Part shown: positions 47,577 through 57,717 of the stretch, one piece after another | How positions within the stretch are numbered: position 1 is the stretch's first letter | How the letters are laid out: every line of letters starts with the position of its first letter | DNA from: Acidimicrobiia bacterium | Lineage (GTDB): Bacteria; Actinomycetota; Acidimicrobiia; Spongiisociales; ZC4RG35 | Reading direction: 5' to 3' | DNA length: 64,000 nt | NCBI GenBank assembly: GCA_026002975.1 | Contig: BPGJ01000003.1 | Location: 80,552 to 144,551, forward strand | Notes under the pieces: model-generated | Seen by the model: the letters and a program-made list of their open reading frames with translations, nothing else | What the model was told of the DNA's origin: nothing | The model's database searches: none | Position numbers and translations under genes: made by a program

Positions 47577-49003
47577 AGTTCGCCCAGCTCATCGGAGGTG
47601 AATGGGTGGAAGCCTCCGACGGAGGTTGGTGGGATCTGGTCGATCCCGGCCGAGGGGAAGTCGTCGACCGGGTGCCGTTCGGCGGAGCCGAAGACGCCCG
47701 GCGCGCCATCGACGCAGCCGCCGAGGCCCTCTACACGTGGGCCGACACCAACCCGTACGAACGAGCCGACATCCTGCATCGGGCCGCCGACCTACTGGTG
47801 GAACGAGCCGACGAATACGCGGTCGTCACCACCGAGGAGTCGGGTAAACCCCTAGCCCAGTCCAGAGCCGAGTGGCTGTCGGCTCCCAACTACCTGCGGT
47901 TCGCAGCCGAAGAGGCAAAACGGGCGGGAGGACGGCTCATCCCGGCCCGGGCCCGAGGTCGCCGAATCGACGTCACCTACCGGCCGGTGGGAGTGGTCGG
48001 GGTGATAACCGCATGGAACTTCCCGGTGTACAACCCGAACCGAGCCACCTCGTCGGCGCTGGCCGCGGGCTGTACGGTGGTGATACGCCCCTCCGAATAC
48101 ACCCCGCGGTCGGCGATGCTCTACGCGGCCGCCCTGGTCGACGCCGGCGTGCCGCCCGGCGTCGTCAACGTGATCAACGGAAGACCCTTGGAGATGGCAG
48201 ACGTGATGATGGCCGACCCGCGGGTTCGAAAAGTCGCGTTCACCGGTTCGGTCGAGACCGGCAAGAGCCTGCTCGCCAAAGCGTCCCAGACCGTGACCCG
48301 CCTCTCGCTCGAACTGGGCGGCAACGCCCCGGTGATCGTCCTCGACGACGTCGACCCCGAGGAAGTCGCCGCCGGTGGCGTCGTCGCCAAGAACCGCAAC
48401 GGGGGCCAGGTGTGCATAGCCCCCCAGCGCTTCTACGTTCACGCTTCGCTGGCCGAGGAGTTCACCCGTGCCGCAGCCGCCGCCAACGAGAAGGAGCGTC
48501 TCGGTCACGGACTGGCGCCGGACACCACCGTCGGGCCCCTCATCAACCACGACCAGCTGGAACGGGTGACCCGCATCGTGGACCAGACCGTCGATGCGGG
48601 AGCCACCGTGGTGACGGGGGGCAGGAGGGAAGAGAGTCCGGGCTTCTTCTACCGGCCGACCGTCCTGACCGACGTGCCCCCCGATGCCCCAGCCTGCACC
48701 GAGGAGATCTTCGGGCCGGTGATGCCCGTCATCCCCTTCGACGACGTCGACGCCGCCGTCGAATGGGCCAACTCCACCGAACACGGGCTGGCCGCATTCG
48801 TGTGGACCCACCGGCTCGAGCAGGCCCACCGAATATCCGAGCGGCTCGAATACGGTTTGGTCGGCATCAACGACTGGTACCCGGTCACCCCCGAAGCTCC
48901 GTTCGGTGGGTTCAAACAGTCGGGGATAGGGCGGGAGTCCGGCATGGAAGGGCTGTACGAGTATCTCGAGGTCAAGACCCGTTACTGGGGAGGAATCCGA
49001 TGA
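47573..49003 (+). CDS. gabD: NAD(P)-dependent succinate-semialdehyde/aldehyde dehydrogenase
   Basis: GTG overlaps the gabT stop (GTGA). ALDH motifs FTGSVETGK, LELGGNAP, GQVCIAPQR and EEIFGPV. Confidence 0.75.
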   Translation: MKFAQLIGGEWVEASDGGWWDLVDPGRGEVVDRVPFGGAEDARRAIDAAAEALYTWADTNPYERADILHRAADLLVERADEYAVVTTEESGKPLAQSRAEWLSAPNYLRFAAEEAKRAGGRLIPARARGRRIDVTYRPVGVVGVITAWNFPVYNPNRATSSALAAGCTVVIRPSEYTPRSAMLYAAALVDAGVPPGVVNVINGRPLEMADVMMADPRVRKVAFTGSVETGKSLLAKASQTVTRLSLELGGNAPVIVLDDVDPEEVAAGGVVAKNRNGGQVCIAPQRFYVHASLAEEFTRAAAAANEKERLGHGLAPDTTVGPLINHDQLERVTRIVDQTVDAGATVVTGGRREESPGFFYRPTVLTDVPPDAPACTEEIFGPVMPVIPFDDVDAAVEWANSTEHGLAAFVWTHRLEQAHRISERLEYGLVGINDWYPVTPEAPFGGFKQSGIGRESGMEGLYEYLEVKTRYWGGIR

Positions 49004-50082
49004 GGGTCCCACCCTACGGCCCGATTCGCCTGCTCGAGCTCTCGGGCGAACCGGAGGACATCGGACGGGGGCACGGGGAGGCCTATGCCGACGAGATCCG
49101 GGCCTATGCCGACGACCGGATCGAACGGTCGCTGGTCGGCGCCGAACTCGACCGGGAAACGGTTCTCGCGTTGGCCGCCGAGACGCTGGACGCCCACCGC
49201 GACTACGCCCCCGACCTGTACCGGGAGATGGTGGCCATGGCGGAAGCGGCCGGGCTGACTCCAGCCGAGGCGGTCGTCGTCGGGGGTTTCACCGACTTCG
49301 TGGACCTGGTCCGGGCCCGGGCCGGTGGATCGGCCACCGAGGACACCTGCACCGCGGTGATGGTTCCCGATGCCATGGCGGACGGTCACGGTTACCTCGC
49401 CCAGACCTGGGACATGCACGCCAGCGCCACCCCCCACATCATCGTCCTCCGGCTCCAACCAGCCGGCCGACCCTCCGCGGTCGTCTTCACGACGGTCGGC
49501 TGCCTGGGCCAGATCGGACTCAACGAAGCCGGGATCGCGGTCGGCATCAACAACCTGACCGCGGCCGACGGCCGGGTCGGTGTCACCTGGCCGTTCGTGG
49601 TGCGGAAGGTGTTGCAGCAGACCGACGTCGATGCCGCAGTCCGGTGCGTGATGGAAGCCGACCTGGCCGGGGGACACAACTTCCTGATCCTCGACCGGAG
49701 AGGGGTCGGGTATTCGATCGAGGCCATGCCCACCGCACGTCACGTGTTCGAGCTCGGCGACGAGGCTCTGATCCACACCAACCACTGTCTGGCTCCCGAA
49801 ACACAGGCGGTGGAGGCCGAACGGCCGGCGGCGCTCCAAGAGTCGTCGTTGGAACGGCTCGAACACGCCTCCCACCTGGCGGCGCCGGTCACCGTCGCCA
49901 AACTCATGGCGCTCACCCGGGACGAACGGGCCATCTGCCGCCGACCCGAGCCGCCCTTCGACTACGAGACCTGCGGCGCGGTGATCATGCGGCCCGCCAC
50001 CGGAGAGCTGTGGGCCTGCTGGGGTTTGCCCTCCGAGAGCGAGTTCGAACGGTTCGTGATGGAGGTGGGTGGCCTTGTCTGA
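49000..50082 (+). CDS. C45 family peptidase / acyl-CoA:6-APA acyltransferase-like protein
   Basis: ATGA overlap with the upstream gene. Nucleophile context EDTCTAVMVP, then QTWDMH and GHNFLILD. Confidence 0.65.
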   Translation: MRVPPYGPIRLLELSGEPEDIGRGHGEAYADEIRAYADDRIERSLVGAELDRETVLALAAETLDAHRDYAPDLYREMVAMAEAAGLTPAEAVVVGGFTDFVDLVRARAGGSATEDTCTAVMVPDAMADGHGYLAQTWDMHASATPHIIVLRLQPAGRPSAVVFTTVGCLGQIGLNEAGIAVGINNLTAADGRVGVTWPFVVRKVLQQTDVDAAVRCVMEADLAGGHNFLILDRRGVGYSIEAMPTARHVFELGDEALIHTNHCLAPETQAVEAERPAALQESSLERLEHASHLAAPVTVAKLMALTRDERAICRRPEPPFDYETCGAVIMRPATGELWACWGLPSESEFERFVMEVGGLV

Positions 50083-50713
50083 GATCCGTTTCGTGAACCT
50101 GACCGAAGACCTCGCTCCCCAGTGCGCCGAGCTGGAACGTCAGGCCTTCCCCACCGCCGACCCAGAGCATCTCCTCTCCGAGGAGGACTTCCGCGCCTAC
50201 GCCCGTATCTTCCCCGAGGGGGTGTTCGTTGCGTTGGACGGGGACCGGGTGGTCGGGCAGGGCGCGGGCATATTCCTCGACTTCGACTTCGACCATCCCC
50301 AGCACACCATCGCCGAGATCACAGGGGAACACCAGTGCGGCAACCACGACCCCGACGGCGACTGGTACTACGGCACCGACATCGTGGTCCACCCCGACTA
50401 CCGACGACGCGGCATCGGACGGCGCCTCTACGAACTGCGGAAGGATCTCGTCCGACGGCACAACAAGCGGGGGATCATCGCCGGGGGCCACATGCCGGGG
50501 TTCGCCCAGCACAAACACGCCATGTCGGCGGCCGAATACGTCGAGAAGGTGGCCGCCGGGGAGCTCTACGACCCGACCCTCACCTTCCAGATCGAGAACG
50601 GCTTTCGGATAAGAGGCGTCCTCGAGAACTACCTACCCAACGAAGAAACCGACGGATGGGCTGCGCTCATCGTGTGGGAGAACCCCGACTACCGGGAGAG
50701 GAGGCAGACATGA
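50069..50713 (+). CDS. GNAT family N-acetyltransferase
   Basis: GTG start with a 14-nt overlap upstream. Acetyl-CoA-binding motif VHPDYRRRGIGRRLY. Confidence 0.75.
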   Translation: MALSEIRFVNLTEDLAPQCAELERQAFPTADPEHLLSEEDFRAYARIFPEGVFVALDGDRVVGQGAGIFLDFDFDHPQHTIAEITGEHQCGNHDPDGDWYYGTDIVVHPDYRRRGIGRRLYELRKDLVRRHNKRGIIAGGHMPGFAQHKHAMSAAEYVEKVAAGELYDPTLTFQIENGFRIRGVLENYLPNEETDGWAALIVWENPDYRERRQT

Positions 50714-51948
50714 CACCGCGGAGAAGAGGATCACGCGACGCTCTGGTCGGACATCTAGCCCGGTCGGCGGTGACCCGCCGGGAGTTCCTCCGCCGGATGG
50801 GAGGGGCAGGTGCCATGTTGGTAGCCGGCCCCACCCTGCTGGCCGCCTGCGGCGGGGAGCAAGCCGCCGGCTGCGAGTTCACCACCACCAACATCGGGGA
50901 CAACCGGACCCTGAACTTCGCCAACTGGCCCTTCTACATCGACGTTGTCGAGGACGGCTTCTTCGAGACGACGTCCATCCAGGATTTCGAATCCGAAACG
51001 GGGATCGACGTCAACTACCTGGAAGAGGTGAACGACAACGATCAGTGGTTCGCCAAGGTGCAGGCCCAGCTCTCCCAATGCCAGGACATCGAGCGGGACC
51101 TCACCGTCCTGACCGACTGGATGGCCGCCCGGTTCATCCGTCTCGGTTGGGCCGAGCAGATCGACAAGTCCAACGTGCCCAACTGGGTCAACCTGGTGGA
51201 CTCGCTCAAGAGCCCCGGGTTCGATCCCAACCGGGACTACACCCTTCCCTGGCAGTCGGGGATGACCGCCATCGGCTACAACCCGCAGCTCACCGGTCGG
51301 GAGCTCACCTCCATCAACGACATCTTCGACCCGGCGTTCGCCGGGCGGGTGACCATGCTCACCGAGATGCGTGACACCATGGGTCTGGTGATGCTGGGGA
51401 TGGGGATCGACCCCTCCGAGGCCACCGTCGACGACGCCCGGGCTGCTGCCCAGAAGATCAAGGAACACCGCGAGAACGGCCACATCCGGCGGTTCACCGG
51501 CAACGACTACACCGAGGACCTCGCATCCGGGAACGTGGTCGCCGCCTTCGCCTGGTCGGGTGACGTCATCCAGCTCCAGGCGGACAACCCCGACCTCCGG
51601 TTCTTGATCCCCGAGGAGGGGCTGATGTTGTGGTCCGACAACATGCTCATCCCCGGTGGGGCCCGCAACAAGACCGCGGCCGAGACCTGGATGAACTACG
51701 TCTACCAACCCAGAGTGGCCGCCAAGATCGAGTCGTGGGTGAACTTCATCTGCCCGGTGAAGGGCGCGAGGGAGGCGATGATCGAGCTGGGCGAGGAGAT
51801 AGGCGACGAAGAGCTGATCGCCCTGGCCGACGATCCGCTCATCTTCCCCGACGACGAGACCCTGGCCAAGACCCACATCTTCAAGAACCTGGATGAGGAA
51901 GAGGAAAGGGAATTCAACGAGCTCTTCCAAGATGCGATCGGTGCCTGA
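50710..51948 (+). CDS. polyamine-type ABC substrate-binding protein with Tat/lipoprotein signal
   Basis: ATGA overlap upstream. TRREFLRRMGGAGAMLVAGPTLLAACGG, and a PotD/PotF-like body (FANWPFYID, MLWSDNMLIP). Confidence 0.8.
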   Translation: MTPRRRGSRDALVGHLARSAVTRREFLRRMGGAGAMLVAGPTLLAACGGEQAAGCEFTTTNIGDNRTLNFANWPFYIDVVEDGFFETTSIQDFESETGIDVNYLEEVNDNDQWFAKVQAQLSQCQDIERDLTVLTDWMAARFIRLGWAEQIDKSNVPNWVNLVDSLKSPGFDPNRDYTLPWQSGMTAIGYNPQLTGRELTSINDIFDPAFAGRVTMLTEMRDTMGLVMLGMGIDPSEATVDDARAAAQKIKEHRENGHIRRFTGNDYTEDLASGNVVAAFAWSGDVIQLQADNPDLRFLIPEEGLMLWSDNMLIPGGARNKTAAETWMNYVYQPRVAAKIESWVNFICPVKGAREAMIELGEEIGDEELIALADDPLIFPDDETLAKTHIFKNLDEEEEREFNELFQDAIGA

Positions 51949-53044
51949 GGAACTGGTGACGACGGCGGGAATCGAGGCGGTTCCCGCCGTCCGCCTCGAC
52001 CACGTCACCAAGAAGTTCGGTGACTTCACTGCGGTCGACGACATCTCCCTGGAAGTGGGGGAGAACCGCTTCTTCGCCCTGCTCGGACCCTCGGGCTGCG
52101 GGAAGACGACCACCCTCCGGATCATCGGAGGCTTCGAGGAGCCGACCGCGGGTGTTGTGTACCTACACGGCGATGACGTGACCGGCCTCAAGCCGTATCG
52201 CCGACCCGTCAACACCGTGTTCCAGTCCTACGCCCTCTTCCCCCACCTGACCGTTTGGGAGAACGTGGCGTTCGGTCTCCGCCGCCGTCGCTTCGACGAC
52301 GCCGAGATTCGGCGGCGCGTCGCCGAGATGCTGGAGCTGGTGCAGCTGACGGGACGCGAGAACCAGAAGCCCGGTCAGCTCTCCGGTGGTCAGCAACAGA
52401 GGGTCGCCCTGGCCCGTGCCCTCATCAACCATCCCAGGGTGCTGCTCCTCGACGAACCCCTGGGGGCCCTCGACCTCAAACTGCGCAAGGAGATGCAGAT
52501 AGAGCTGAAGCGGATCCAGCAGGAGGTCGGTATCACCTTCATCCACGTGACCCACGACCAGGAAGAAGCCATGACCATGGCCGACACGATCGCGGTGATG
52601 AACCACGGCCGGATCGAGAGGCTGGGTTCGCCCACCGAGATCTACGAGGATCCAAAGACCGAGTTCACCGCCTCGTTCCTCGGCGCCTCCAACCTGATGG
52701 AGGTCCAGGTGGTGGACGGTTCTGCGGGACGGGTAGCCCTTCCCGGCGGCGACGAGCTTCGGGTTCCCGCCGGTCGGCTTCCGGCGGGAGAGCGGAAAGC
52801 CAAGGTGGGGGTGCGGCCGGAGAAGATCCGGCTGGTCGAACCGGGGTCGGCGGTCCAGGGCAACACGGTGACGGGTCGAGTCGTGGATGCTTCGTTCATC
52901 GGTGTCTCCACCCATTACCTGGTGAAGACCGCTCCGGGTCAGGAGATGGCGGTGACCGTCCAGAACCTGGAGGACCACCGGTTCCGTCCCGGGGACGACG
53001 TGGTCTGCGTGTGGAATCCGGAGCACACCTTCGTGGTGAGATGA
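51932..53044 (+). CDS. polyamine-type ABC transporter ATPase (second PotA-like)
   Basis: Start is uncertain (ATG 51932 or GTG 51956). Walker A GPSGCGKTT, signature LSGGQQQRVALARA and Walker B LLLDEPLGALD. Confidence 0.8.
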   Translation: MRSVPEELVTTAGIEAVPAVRLDHVTKKFGDFTAVDDISLEVGENRFFALLGPSGCGKTTTLRIIGGFEEPTAGVVYLHGDDVTGLKPYRRPVNTVFQSYALFPHLTVWENVAFGLRRRRFDDAEIRRRVAEMLELVQLTGRENQKPGQLSGGQQQRVALARALINHPRVLLLDEPLGALDLKLRKEMQIELKRIQQEVGITFIHVTHDQEEAMTMADTIAVMNHGRIERLGSPTEIYEDPKTEFTASFLGASNLMEVQVVDGSAGRVALPGGDELRVPAGRLPAGERKAKVGVRPEKIRLVEPGSAVQGNTVTGRVVDASFIGVSTHYLVKTAPGQEMAVTVQNLEDHRFRPGDDVVCVWNPEHTFVVR

Positions 53045-53904
53045 CGACGACCGCCGCGGTCACGGGACGACGACGATGGGTGCCGTATCTGTTGATGGCG
53101 CCGGGCGGGCTGTGGCTCCTGATCTTCTACTTCGTACCGATCGCCCGTCTGGTCGAGGTGTCACTCCAATCCGGCATCTTCCCTCGCTACCGGTTCACCT
53201 GGGAGGTCGGCAACTATCTGCGGCTGTTCACCGACTTCCTCCCCCATCTCCAGCGGTCCCTCCTCTACGGACTGGGAGCCACCCTGATCGGACTGCTGAT
53301 CGCCTACCCGCTCGCCTACGGCATCGCCTTCCGGGGCGGCCGCTACAAGAACCTGCTGCTCGTGTTGCTGCTCATGCCGTTCCTGATGCCGTTCCTCCTC
53401 CGCACCCTCTCATGGCGGATCATCCTGGCCGACAACGGACCGGTGGTGGAGGCCCTACGGACCGTGGGGCTACTGGGCGCCGACGGGAGGCTGCTCGCAA
53501 CCGGGGTGGCGGTGGTGGCCGGCATCACCTACAATTTCCTTCCCTTCACGACTCTTCCCATCTACGTGTCCCTGGAGAAGATCGACCGGTCGCTGATCGA
53601 AGCCGCCAACGACCTCTACGCCTCGCCGGTGGTGGCGTTCTGGAAGGTCACCTTCCCCCTCTCCATGCCGGGGGTCGTGGCCGGTTCGCTGCTCACGGGC
53701 ATCCCCGCCATCGGCGACTACGTCAACGCCGAACTCCTCGGCACACCCGAGCAGTACATGTTGGGTAACGTCATCCAATCCCGGTTCCTACGGGTCCTCG
53801 ACTACCCGTCCGCAGCCGCCCTCTCGTTCTCGCTGATGTTGGCCATCCTCCTCATCCTCATCCCCTACATCCGGGCCACCGGCACCGAGGACCTGGTGGC
53901 ATGA
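53041..53904 (+). CDS. ABC transporter permease (PotB-like)
   Basis: ATGA overlap upstream. Six TM helices. EAA loop EAANDLYASPVVAFWKVTFP. Confidence 0.8.
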   Translation: MTTTAAVTGRRRWVPYLLMAPGGLWLLIFYFVPIARLVEVSLQSGIFPRYRFTWEVGNYLRLFTDFLPHLQRSLLYGLGATLIGLLIAYPLAYGIAFRGGRYKNLLLVLLLMPFLMPFLLRTLSWRIILADNGPVVEALRTVGLLGADGRLLATGVAVVAGITYNFLPFTTLPIYVSLEKIDRSLIEAANDLYASPVVAFWKVTFPLSMPGVVAGSLLTGIPAIGDYVNAELLGTPEQYMLGNVIQSRFLRVLDYPSAAALSFSLMLAILLILIPYIRATGTEDLVA

Positions 53905-54722
53905 CCACGCTCACCGGTCGCAGGCCACGGTGGGGACGCATCGGGTTGATCGTCTACATGGTGGCGGCGTTCGTCTACCTGTTCACCCCGGTGGTGCTGG
54001 TCATCGTCTTCGGGTTCAACGACAACCGAGGGCGCTTCAACTTCACATGGGTGGGATTCACCTGGGATCACTGGAGGAACGTCTTCTTCGGGGAGACCTT
54101 CGGTGGTGTTCCCGGGGTGTTCGATGCCCTGGTCTCCTCGCTGCGCCTGGCTTTCCTGTCGTCGTTGGGGGCTACGGCACTGGGCACGTTCATCGCCCTA
54201 GCCCTGGTCCGCTATCGGTTCAAGGGGCGATCGGCCGCCAACGTGGCTCTGTTCCTGCCGATGGCCACCCCCGAGGTGGTGATGGGGTCGTCGCTGCTGG
54301 CTCTCTTCATCGCCCTCCGCTTCCCGCTCGGCTTCCCGTCCCTGCTCGTGGCCCACATCCTGTTCAACATCAGCTACGTGGTGGTGACGGTCAAGGCCCG
54401 ACTGCAGGGGTTCGACCGGCACCTCGAGGAAGCCGCCATGGACCTCTATGCCAACGAATGGGAGACCTTCCGGCGTGTCACGCTTCCCATGATCATGCCG
54501 GGGGTCTTCGCGGCGTTCCTGCTCGGGTTCGCCCTCTCGTTCGACGACTTCATCATCTCCAACTTCGTCGCCGGGCCCACCGAGGTCACCTTCCCGCTGT
54601 GGATCTGGGGTGCCGCCCAACGGGGCATACCGCCCGAGGTGAACGTGCTGGGAACTCTGGTGTTCCTCACCACGGTTTCGCTCATGTTGGCCAACATCCT
54701 GTGGCAGCGCCGCAGGGCCTGA
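53901..54722 (+). CDS. ABC transporter permease (PotC-like)
   Basis: 4-nt overlap upstream. EAA loop EEAAMDLYANEWETFRRVTLP. Confidence 0.8.
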   Translation: MTTLTGRRPRWGRIGLIVYMVAAFVYLFTPVVLVIVFGFNDNRGRFNFTWVGFTWDHWRNVFFGETFGGVPGVFDALVSSLRLAFLSSLGATALGTFIALALVRYRFKGRSAANVALFLPMATPEVVMGSSLLALFIALRFPLGFPSLLVAHILFNISYVVVTVKARLQGFDRHLEEAAMDLYANEWETFRRVTLPMIMPGVFAAFLLGFALSFDDFIISNFVAGPTEVTFPLWIWGAAQRGIPPEVNVLGTLVFLTTVSLMLANILWQRRRA

Positions 54723-54729
54723 CCCCCGC

Positions 54730-55746
54730 TCACACCCCCAGCTTGCGTTCTGCCATACCGTTGAGGATCTCGAGCACCACCCGGTTGGCCAGATAGGCGG
54801 TGACCTCGGCGGTGTCGTAGGGCGGGGAGACCTCCACCACGTCGGCTCCCAACACGACCAACTCCTTGGCGAGCCGCCGAACCGCGTCCAGCAGCTGCCG
54901 GGACGTCAACCCGCCAGGCTCCGGCGTGCCCGTGCCTGGAGCCATCCCGGGGTCGACCACGTCGATGTCCACCGAGATGAACACCCCCTTCACTCCACCT
55001 CGCGAGGCGTAAGCGACCGCTTCGTCGACCACCGTACGCAGTCCCCGCTCCTCGATGTCGGACATCAAGTAGAAGCGCATGTCCTGAGACCGCATCCACT
55101 CCACCACCTCAGGCTCCGGCCAGTAGCCCCGCAGCCCGATCTGGACGAACCTGTGCCCGGGCACCGCCCCGGACTCGACGAGACGGCGCATGGGGGTTCC
55201 ATGCCCGTACAGCTGGTCGTTCTGATGCTCCCCGGTGTCGGCGTGAGCGTCGAAATGGATGAGGGCCACTTGCCCGAATCCGTGCACCCGGGCGACGCCG
55301 GTGGCGTCGGCGAAGGTGATGGTGTGGTCCCCGCCCAGCACCAGCGGCACCTTTCCCGTCCGGGCCACTCGTTCGACCACCTCCGTTATCCGTTCCAACG
55401 ACAGTTCCACCTGGCCGGGGACCACGAACACGTCGCCGATGTCCACCACCCCGAGGGTCCCCAGAGGATCGATCCCGGTGGGCAGATGCGGACGGTATCC
55501 ATCCATCGCGCCGTAGTCGGCTTCCCTGATGGCCTTGGGACCGAACCGGGCCCCCGGGCGATAAGTGGTGCCCCAATCGAAGGGAGCGCCGAGGATCACC
55601 ACCTCGGCCGGATCGTCGGTGAGCTGGTCGAGCCGACGGGCCGGCACACCCAGGAAGGTGTCCCGGGAGGCGAAGGCGATGTACTCGGCGGTGGCCAGAG
55701 GCACTTCGGCGGCTCGCCTCTGGTAACGCTCATACTGTGTGCTCAT
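54730..55746 (-). CDS. agmatinase/guanidinobutyrase-type ureohydrolase (arginase family)
   Basis: 338 aa. Mn-binding motifs GGDHTITF, IHFDAHADT and SVDIDVVDP. Confidence 0.8.
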   Translation of the reverse strand: MSTQYERYQRRAAEVPLATAEYIAFASRDTFLGVPARRLDQLTDDPAEVVILGAPFDWGTTYRPGARFGPKAIREADYGAMDGYRPHLPTGIDPLGTLGVVDIGDVFVVPGQVELSLERITEVVERVARTGKVPLVLGGDHTITFADATGVARVHGFGQVALIHFDAHADTGEHQNDQLYGHGTPMRRLVESGAVPGHRFVQIGLRGYWPEPEVVEWMRSQDMRFYLMSDIEERGLRTVVDEAVAYASRGGVKGVFISVDIDVVDPGMAPGTGTPEPGGLTSRQLLDAVRRLAKELVVLGADVVEVSPPYDTAEVTAYLANRVVLEILNGMAERKLGV

Positions 55747-55789
55747 CTACGATCACGGTACCCGGAGGATGTGGCAACATCCGGTTCTG

Positions 55790-56005
55790 ATGGAAACGAC
55801 TCGAGACCACGACCGCAGAATGGGACAGGCGATCACCCACGGGATCCTGGTGGGCATCCCGGTGGCGATAGTCGTCTTGGCGATCGCCATCCGCATCGTC
55901 GGCGACCTGGGCTGGGGAGCGGCGATCGAGACCGCCATCCTTCCCGGGGTGCTCGTCGGGGTGTTCTTCGGAGGTTTCGTCGGCCTGGTCAGGACGATGG
56001 ACTGA
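55790..56005 (+). CDS. possible small 2-TM membrane protein
   Basis: 71 aa from METTRDHDRR, with two hydrophobic helices. No family and no clear RBS. Confidence 0.3.
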   Translation: METTRDHDRRMGQAITHGILVGIPVAIVVLAIAIRIVGDLGWGAAIETAILPGVLVGVFFGGFVGLVRTMD

Positions 56006-56011
56006 CCCGGA

Positions 56012-57451
56012 TCACAGTTCCCTGAGCGAGAACACCACGGTCTGCAGGTCGGTGAACTCTTCGATCCGCTGCCGACCCCACCCGGTTTCGGTGCCCGCCG
56101 CCCCGCCGAACGGCTGGAAGGTCTCCCAGAAGTCGGTGGAGTCGTTCACGATCACCGTCCCCGCCCTGATGTGGTCGGCGTACCAGAACGCCTTCGACAG
56201 GTCGTTGGTGAACACCGCGGCCTGCAAACCCAGATGAGAACGGTTGGCGATGGCCGCCGCCTCGGCGTCGTCCCGGGCCACCAGGATCGGGACGACGGGA
56301 CCGAAGGACTCCTCCCGGGAGAGCAGCGAGTCCTCCGGCACCTGGTCGACGACGGTGAACTCGTAGTAGAGGCGGGTGGGGAACCCCTCGGCCCTCTTGC
56401 CCCCCATGAGCACTTTGGCTCCCTTCGCGGCGGCGTCGGCGATGTGACGGTCCATCTTCTGGGCGGTTGGTTCGTTGTTGAGCGGCCCCATCGTGGTGGC
56501 CTCGTCGAACGGGTCGCCCAGCCGCACAGCCTCGGCTGCCTTGAGGGTCGCCTCCACGAATGCGTCGTGTACGTCCTCCAGCACGATCACCCTCTCGGTT
56601 GCGCAGCACACCTGCCCGGCGTTGTAGTAGGCGCCGTAGACCGCGGCTTCCGCCGCAGCGGTCACGTCGGCGTCACCTGCGACGATCAGCGGGCCGTTAC
56701 CCGACATCTCCATGATGGAGCGCTTCAACCCCATCTTGGAGACGATCTTCTTCCCGGTCTCCGACGAACCGGTGAAACCGATGGCGTCCACTCCGGCATG
56801 GGTGACCAACGCCTCGCCTATGTCTCCTGCTCCCGGGATGATGTTGATCGCGCCGGGCGGCACCCCGGCTTCTTCGAAGACCTTCGCCATCTCCAAGAGC
56901 GCCCAACAGGTGAACTCGGGCGGCTTGACGATGAAGCTGTTCCCCGTCGCCAACCCTGGTCCCACATACTCCATGGGAATCATGACCGGGAAGTTCCACG
57001 GGGTTATGGCCGCCCACACCCCCACCGGGCGTCGAATCGTGAACATGCGACGGTGACGTTCGGTGGTGGGAATCAGCTCGCCTTTGAGTCGTTTCACGTC
57101 TTCCGCGGCGATGTAGAAGTAGTCGCCCGACTCGGCGATGTCGTCGATGGCTTCTGCCTTGTACGGCTTCCCCTGCTCCAGGGTGAGGATCCGAGCCACC
57201 TCCTCGACCCGTTCCTGCCAAAGGCGGTGGATCCGAAGACAGAGGTCGGCCCTTTCGAACGCCGTCCAATGGCGCATCTCCTCGGTCGCCCGGCGGGCGG
57301 CCTCCACCGCCCGGTCTATGTCGGCTTGGGAAGCCTTCGGAACCGTGTAGATGTGCTCCCCGGTGACCGGCGAGTGGATCTCGTACGCGTCGTCGCCGGT
57401 GCCTTCGGTCCACTCGCCGGCGATGAACAGCTTCAGGTCGACAGCAGCCAT
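56012..57451 (-). CDS. aldehyde dehydrogenase family protein
   Basis: 479 aa. FTGSSETGKKI, MEMSGNGP, GQVCCATER and EESFGPV. Confidence 0.85.
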   Translation of the reverse strand: MAAVDLKLFIAGEWTEGTGDDAYEIHSPVTGEHIYTVPKASQADIDRAVEAARRATEEMRHWTAFERADLCLRIHRLWQERVEEVARILTLEQGKPYKAEAIDDIAESGDYFYIAAEDVKRLKGELIPTTERHRRMFTIRRPVGVWAAITPWNFPVMIPMEYVGPGLATGNSFIVKPPEFTCWALLEMAKVFEEAGVPPGAINIIPGAGDIGEALVTHAGVDAIGFTGSSETGKKIVSKMGLKRSIMEMSGNGPLIVAGDADVTAAAEAAVYGAYYNAGQVCCATERVIVLEDVHDAFVEATLKAAEAVRLGDPFDEATTMGPLNNEPTAQKMDRHIADAAAKGAKVLMGGKRAEGFPTRLYYEFTVVDQVPEDSLLSREESFGPVVPILVARDDAEAAAIANRSHLGLQAAVFTNDLSKAFWYADHIRAGTVIVNDSTDFWETFQPFGGAAGTETGWGRQRIEEFTDLQTVVFSLREL

Positions 57452-57717
57452 GTTGTACCTCCGTCGTCAACGCTACCAATGCCGCCGGGCAGCGGGTAAC
57501 CTCGTCTGCGGGTGAGATAGTGATCCTCCAACCGAGCTCTCAGGTCGACCCGGTCGACCGTCGACTCTCATCGGGAAGGGCAGGTCCGTTTCCGGTGACC
57601 CGGAGGAACGACGTGCCCACCTACTTCGAGGACAACCTCCTGGCTCTCCGCCACTGGCGTCCTCCGGGGTCGTTCGCCATCACCTGAGCAGACGACCCCG
57701 ATACCAAGGAGGAGAGC